IMG/VR virus record: IMGVR_UViG_3300045004_000084
Origin: a virus
Taxonomy: Duplodnaviria; Heunggongvirae; Uroviricota; Caudoviricetes
DNA length: 57,435 bases
Reading direction: 5' to 3' (one strand)
This document shows, piece by piece, positions 52,384 through 57,435 of this stretch. Every line of letters starts with the position of its first letter. Position 1 is the stretch's first letter. A program made the translations under genes and the position numbers. The notes beneath the pieces are model-generated. The model was not told where the DNA came from. It worked only from the letters and a program-made list of their open reading frames with translations, and made no database searches.

Positions 52384-55300
52384 TCAGGTCCCCGGTTGGC
52401 CGATCGGGCGCATATCCATCTTCCCGGTGGTAATGTCGAACGTGCCGGTGAACCGCGTGTCCGGCGACAGCTTCACCGTAGTGGCGTTTTTGGCATCGGC
52501 CTTGTCGACTTCACGCCGCAGCTCGGGCATGGCAGCCAGAGCCTTGTCGATATCCTCGGCATTGGCAGTGCCGCTCGTGATCTTCTTGAGAATCCCGGCC
52601 AAACCGGCGTCGCCGCCGAGGCGAGTCATGAGCCGCTTGCGGTCTTCACGCTGCTGCGGAGTCAGATCCTCGTCCTTCGCGTCGATGAATCCGCCGATCG
52701 CCTCGCGGACCTTGCCCGGGTCGGTCTTCAGCTCGTCGATCTTTTTCTTGAGCGACTCCGGAGTGACGGCGGTGCCGGCGGCCTTGAGCTCCTTCTCGGC
52801 CATCCGACCGAGACCGATCTCCTGCATTCTCTTGAGAGCCGGGAGAACCTCCTGCAGCTTGCCCGAGTCCTTGAGCTTCTCGGCCAGGTAGTTGGACCCC
52901 TTAACCTCACGGCCGGTCGCATCGCGGAACACGGCGTCGATCGACTCTTTCGACCCGGTGAGCTGGAGCAACTCGTCGACCGCCCCCTTCGAGTCGAGGG
53001 ACAGCAGCCGCTGTACGTCCTTCATGCGAGTCTTGTAGTCGTCGGTGAACCCGGCCGACCGATCCACGCCCTTCGAGAAGGACATACCCAGGTCGGTGGT
53101 CATGACCTCAAGCGCGCGGCGCTCGTTGCCGATGAACGCCCGCGCCAGCTCCGGGTCGTTTATGAGCCCGAGCATGTTGCCGCCGTACCGGGCGTCGGCG
53201 ATCTTCTGTAGCTGATCGAACAGGTCGCCCTGCGTCTTGGAGTCGGCCCGCGCCCGGTTCCACAGCTCCCGCACCTTCTTCTGCGACTCGGGATCGGCGA
53301 GCTTCGATTTCTTCGCCCCGGTACGATCAGCCTCGGACATGAGCAGTCGGTCGACCGAGATGCCGGTCTCGTCGGAGTACTGCATCAGCCGGCCGCGAGC
53401 CTGTTCTTCCTCTCGCTTCAGAGCGTCGCGCTTCTTTGTGAGGGCATCAGTGTCGGCGCCCGGAGTACCCCGTGCCTTCTGGAGCTCGGCATCGGCCTCT
53501 TCACGCAACTTGGATTTGGCCTGGAAATCCTTGTTGATCGCGTCCGCCTTGGCCCTCTCCTCGTCCGTAGCGTCAACTTGAGCCATGAGCTTGTCGAGGC
53601 CGACCTCGCCCAAGCCGCTGGCCTTGCCGATGGCCTTGGCCGCCTCGTCGTCCGCCTTGCCCCGGGCAGTCAGATCGCGGATCTTGCCCCGGATGTCGGT
53701 CACCGCCGCTGCGTCGGCGTCGATGTGGGTCTGGGCCTCCTTGATCTTCTTGATCTTGGCGGCCTTAGCCTCCGGAGTCAGGTTCATGTCCTGTTCGATG
53801 ACCGTGGCCTTCGTGAGTTTGCCACGGCGGGCCTGGAGGTCGTCGCGGATCTTCCGCGCCTTAGCCACCGACTCCGGATCCCCCTTTTGCTCGAGAGACC
53901 TGGCTTCGGCTTCGAGTGCGGCCCATGTATCAGGCGCAGCTTCGGTACGAAGCCGGGTCGCCTCGGCCTTCATCGCCTCGACCGGAGTACGGCCGTCGAG
54001 CCGGGCGAGAGACTCCTCGAGCCCGACCCGCATCTTCGCCTTGCCGGCCTCGGAAAAGTCGATCCCCTGAGCCGAGAAGTTTCCGGACAGAAGAGCGTCG
54101 GCGCTGATGCCCAGCCCGTCTGCCAGCTCCTTCATCCGACGAGCACGGGCGCGGACGTTCTCGAGCCGATCGAGCCCGCCCTCGCCGAGCGTACTCATGG
54201 CTTTCTCGTCCATCATGAACCGTTCGGTCAGGAGCTCGATATCGTCCAGCGACGAGCCGCGCCCGGACCGAATCCCCATCGCGGCCCGATTCACGTCGGC
54301 GGTGGCGATACGGGTCTGCACAAACCCGTGCTTGTCCATGATGCGGGCGATGTCGGGCAGGTACTTCTTGGCCCGCTCGATCGCCGCCTCGCGAGCGGCG
54401 ATGCCGATGTGCCGGTCCTCCATACCGGCGACCTGGTCCCACCGCACGCCGTACTTCGTCCCGAGAGCCGCCCGCTGGGCCTCGAGAATAGCCACTTCCG
54501 GCGCACCACTCGGCCCTTTCATCTGGGCCGCAGTGATCTGCTTCTGGATGTCCTCGAATTCCTTGCGGATCGACGTCGGGTCGACGTTGCGGAAGGCTTC
54601 GGCTTCCTTCTTCAAGTCTTCGAGCTTGGTGCCGAATATCCGGGTCACCTCGTCCTTGTCTTGGAACCCGAATACCCCGGCCACGACGTCGTTGAAGTTC
54701 GTTGCCGGGCCGGCCTTCAAGAGGGCGTCGGCCAGACGCTGCGCCGGGCCGGCCCGGCCGAGCTGCGCGAACGCCGACTGCAGCCGACCCTCCTGGTCGC
54801 TCTCGATCTGCAGGAGGTTCTTCTCCCGCATGATCTTCCGGTTGTTCATCAGAAGGGCGTTGATGCCGGAACCGTAGCCCCGTAGCCCTGGGTCCTGTCG
54901 AACCCTCTCCTCCCAGTTGCCGACCATCAGCTTGGACGCTTCGCGGACCCGCCCCTCGATTTCCGGAGTGACGGCTATGCCCTGTCGCTTCAGCGACTCG
55001 AGCATCTGCTTGGAGATGATCTGGTCGTTGAGCATGTCCTCAGGAGCCAGGTCGAGCTGGCTGCGGGCGACATCCGAAACGGCCGCGTTCATGGCGTCGA
55101 CGAGCTTGTCGTCCTTCCGCATCTCCTCGGTCATCGACCCCTGCATGGTCGAGGAGAACACCTGGAACAACCGAGGCTCGATGTCTGCCTTACCCTGGAG
55201 CGCGCGAGCCTGTGCAGTCAAGTTCTTGTCGGCAATCGTCTTCTGGTTCGTGGCCGTCTGGTACCGCACCTTCTCGACCACGTCGCCGCGCATACCGCCC

Positions 55301-56718
55301 TTCTGCATCACGTCCAAGAATGATCCTTCGCCATATCCGCTCGGCAGGTACACGCTCTTCTTGGCTCCGCCGAACGTGTACTCGGTGTCGCCACGGGCCA
55401 GGGCTTCGTAGATGGCTTTGGCCTCGGTCCCCTCTTTGAACCCGCCGAACTCCTCCTGCAGCCGCATGACCGTGGCGAGTTGCTGCGCGATCGGCGAGGC
55501 CGCCGCATTGGTCTCGAGCTGGACGGCCAGAGCCGCCGCCTTGTCCTTATCGGCCATGCCCCAGCGACGCATACCGCCAGCCATGTTGCCGTACGCAGTC
55601 GCGAAAGCGGCCGCGCCCTGAGCGCTAGTGGCCGCGAACCTACGGTCGAGGCCGAACTGGTCTCCCCGCTGGGCCGCCGTGGCAACGAGCTGCATCATGG
55701 CGGTCATGTCCATGCCGCCGGCCCGAGCAATATTAGAGGTGGTGCGAACCATCCGCTCGACTTGTTCAGGACTCATGCTCTGCATGCCGTTCTGCGTGAG
55801 CATTTGCAGGCCGTTCATCAACATCGACATCGGGGCGTCGGGCTGACCCATCTCGCCGAAAATGTCTTGCATGGCGGCGACGGCGCCGGCCATGTTCTTG
55901 AGCTTGTCGGCGATTCTGTCCGCCTCGAACTGGCGGAGCTTCATGTCCAGAGTCGGGTTGTCGAGCTTACGCAACTCCGCGACGGTGGTATTCTGCGCGG
56001 TGGCAATGCGCTCGAGCGAGGCGTCGCGGGACAGGCCGGAGCCCATGAGTCCACGGCGACTCATCTCGTCGTAGAGCTGTCCGGCCCGGCCGGCGCCGAG
56101 ACCCTTCATCTCCCGGACGTCGGCGTCCGGTCCGTAGAGCCGGTCGTACACCCGCCTGGTGAGCTGCGAGACGCTGTCGCCGGTCAGTCCGGTCCGGCCA
56201 GTGACGGGGTCTATCTGGTACCGGCCGCCCAGATTCATCTGCTGGGCCATGATGAGCGCAGAGCCCCTCGACCCGTGGAGCCGGTCGAACATCTCTGGAG
56301 CCATCGGGGCAATCATGGGCATGATGCGGGACATGTCGCCGGCGAGAGTGGAGGCCGCGCGGCGCTCGCGTACGCCGAACGGCGTGCCGGCCATTTGGGC
56401 CATCCCGGCGAACATGTCGATGTAGGTCTGCTGATCGACCTCGGACCCTCTGCGCATCGCCTCCTGTTGGGCAGCGAAAAGGGCCTTGTCTCGGTACTGG
56501 TTGTAGAGGTTCCCCATCGGCAGGAACTGGGCCGACATGAACTTGTCACCGAGGAACTTTCCGAGCATCGGCTGAAGAACCATGTTCAGCATCATGCCCT
56601 CGGGGCCGCCCACCCCGAGCAGTCCGGCCATGTTCATGTCCGGAGACATGGACAACGGCCGGCCCTGGAACATCGTCCCGCCGGACTGCGCGAGTGCTTG
56701 CAGAAATGGGTCTGCCAC
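52384..56718 (-). CDS. Tail tape measure-like protein (1444 aa)
   Basis: Very long A/G/M/K/E-rich helical protein between chaperone-like genes and baseplate genes; SD GGAGGGG. Confidence 0.7.
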   Translation of the reverse strand: MADPFLQALAQSGGTMFQGRPLSMSPDMNMAGLLGVGGPEGMMLNMVLQPMLGKFLGDKFMSAQFLPMGNLYNQYRDKALFAAQQEAMRRGSEVDQQTYIDMFAGMAQMAGTPFGVRERRAASTLAGDMSRIMPMIAPMAPEMFDRLHGSRGSALIMAQQMNLGGRYQIDPVTGRTGLTGDSVSQLTRRVYDRLYGPDADVREMKGLGAGRAGQLYDEMSRRGLMGSGLSRDASLERIATAQNTTVAELRKLDNPTLDMKLRQFEADRIADKLKNMAGAVAAMQDIFGEMGQPDAPMSMLMNGLQMLTQNGMQSMSPEQVERMVRTTSNIARAGGMDMTAMMQLVATAAQRGDQFGLDRRFAATSAQGAAAFATAYGNMAGGMRRWGMADKDKAAALAVQLETNAAASPIAQQLATVMRLQEEFGGFKEGTEAKAIYEALARGDTEYTFGGAKKSVYLPSGYGEGSFLDVMQKGGMRGDVVEKVRYQTATNQKTIADKNLTAQARALQGKADIEPRLFQVFSSTMQGSMTEEMRKDDKLVDAMNAAVSDVARSQLDLAPEDMLNDQIISKQMLESLKRQGIAVTPEIEGRVREASKLMVGNWEERVRQDPGLRGYGSGINALLMNNRKIMREKNLLQIESDQEGRLQSAFAQLGRAGPAQRLADALLKAGPATNFNDVVAGVFGFQDKDEVTRIFGTKLEDLKKEAEAFRNVDPTSIRKEFEDIQKQITAAQMKGPSGAPEVAILEAQRAALGTKYGVRWDQVAGMEDRHIGIAAREAAIERAKKYLPDIARIMDKHGFVQTRIATADVNRAAMGIRSGRGSSLDDIELLTERFMMDEKAMSTLGEGGLDRLENVRARARRMKELADGLGISADALLSGNFSAQGIDFSEAGKAKMRVGLEESLARLDGRTPVEAMKAEATRLRTEAAPDTWAALEAEARSLEQKGDPESVAKARKIRDDLQARRGKLTKATVIEQDMNLTPEAKAAKIKKIKEAQTHIDADAAAVTDIRGKIRDLTARGKADDEAAKAIGKASGLGEVGLDKLMAQVDATDEERAKADAINKDFQAKSKLREEADAELQKARGTPGADTDALTKKRDALKREEEQARGRLMQYSDETGISVDRLLMSEADRTGAKKSKLADPESQKKVRELWNRARADSKTQGDLFDQLQKIADARYGGNMLGLINDPELARAFIGNERRALEVMTTDLGMSFSKGVDRSAGFTDDYKTRMKDVQRLLSLDSKGAVDELLQLTGSKESIDAVFRDATGREVKGSNYLAEKLKDSGKLQEVLPALKRMQEIGLGRMAEKELKAAGTAVTPESLKKKIDELKTDPGKVREAIGGFIDAKDEDLTPQQREDRKRLMTRLGGDAGLAGILKKITSGTANAEDIDKALAAMPELRREVDKADAKNATTVKLSPDTRFTGTFDITTGKMDMRPIGQPGT

Positions 56719-56736
56719 GTCGGCCCCTCCGTGGGC

Positions 56737-57189
56737 TCACTTCGCGCCTTTGTTGATGCTGCCGGCGGACCAACCGTCAAAACCGCCCTGCTTCGTCCCC
56801 GACCGGTTCAGTTTGGAGGTCAGATCGTTGGCGATCTTCTCCATCTTCGATCGGAATACCGGGTCGCTCATGTCCCCGATGACCCGCTTGTATTTCTCGA
56901 TCAACGATTCGTTCTCGGACCCCAGGCCGGCGGCGTCCTTTTGCTGGTTCAACCACGGCCGCAGCGCAGCATCCAAATCCTCGAGCGTCTTGCCCGACAG
57001 CTTCCATGCCTTCTCGAAGAGCTTGGCGTCGTCGGTGCCGAGAGCCCCAGTGTACCGCATGTGACGTGCGAGAGCCACTTCAGCCCGCTTCGAGCCGGAG
57101 TACGCCTTGGTGAGCCAGCTCAGCCGCAGAGACCACCGGCGATCGAGCAGATCGGCGTCGCGGAAGTCCACGACGCCGTCGGCGGCCAT
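56737..57189 (-). CDS. Tail assembly chaperone T-like protein
   Basis: Directly precedes the tape measure. Its frame stays open upstream across the end of the previous ORF in the -1 frame. Confidence 0.5.
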   Translation of the reverse strand: MAADGVVDFRDADLLDRRWSLRLSWLTKAYSGSKRAEVALARHMRYTGALGTDDAKLFEKAWKLSGKTLEDLDAALRPWLNQQKDAAGLGSENESLIEKYKRVIGDMSDPVFRSKMEKIANDLTSKLNRSGTKQGGFDGWSAGSINKGAK

Positions 57190-57206
57190 CCCCACAAGAA
57201 GGGACG

Positions 57207-57435
57207 CTACCCGATCGCCTTCCAGAAATCCGGGTTTTCCGCCATCACCTGCAGCTTGTCGCAGACCGCCTGGAACTCGTTGTAGGCGTGGCCGATGATC
57301 GAGCGGAGCTGCTCGGTCGGACACACCTGTTCGATCACGGCGTCGAACACCTCGACCAGTTTGGTGTCGGGGAACTTCGGCGGGTCGCTCTCGATCTCCT
57401 CGATCGGCGGCACCTCGATCGTTCCGTTCACGTCG
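57207..57435 (-). CDS. Tail assembly chaperone G-like protein (5' end outside the window)
   Basis: Frame is open to the window edge; ends ...NEFQAVCDKLQVMAENPDFWKAIG*. Confidence 0.5.
   Translation of the reverse strand, partial: DVNGTIEVPPIEEIESDPPKFPDTKLVEVFDAVIEQVCPTEQLRSIIGHAYNEFQAVCDKLQVMAENPDFWKAIG

Noticed and set aside
1-57435. tRNA, rRNA, integrase/att site or a cellular contractile injection system (eCIS/T6SS)
   Set aside because: No cloverleaf or rRNA-like sequence was recognised by eye (tRNAscan would be decisive) and no recombinase was found. Primase-like, homing endonuclease and small accessory genes favour a phage over a stand-alone injection system, although capsid and terminase genes lie outside the window.

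Overview
A 57-kb, GC-rich segment of what is most likely a large tailed (myovirus-like) bacteriophage genome. Genes are tightly packed and often translationally coupled (ATGA/GTGA overlaps, clear GGAGG Shine-Dalgarno sites). All supported genes lie on the minus strand except one (3268-4431). In transcription order (right to left): (1) a tail/baseplate region with tail chaperones, a 1444-aa tape-measure-like protein, a sigma-70-like factor, and gp25-like and baseplate-J-like proteins; (2) an inserted cassette of exported proteins with two CxxCH c-type cytochrome-like proteins, plus a subtilisin; (3) a set of paralogous fibre/baseplate proteins and a collagen-like fibre; (4) a methyltransferase plus three glycosyltransferases and envelope genes; (5) a Ycf46-like AAA ATPase / DUF3150-like / DUF1257 x2 / DUF2997 / RASHVEP module, several of whose proteins end in a shared R-G-L-D-L C-terminal motif; (6) accessory genes (ParB-like, GP88-like, GHKL ATPase-HExxH, NUDIX, WGR, RimI-like GNAT); (7) a primase-like Zn-finger protein, an 81% acidic protein and a TIGR02996-domain protein. 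Several genes resemble Planctomycetes (Gemmataceae-type) families, suggesting a planctomycete host. Two recurrent intergenic motifs, many GC-rich hairpins, a 36-bp-arm inverted repeat and at least three apparent single-base frameshifts were seen. No CRISPR array, tRNA, rRNA or integrase was recognised. Family names are recognised from memory of consensus motifs, not from database searches, and need HMM confirmation.
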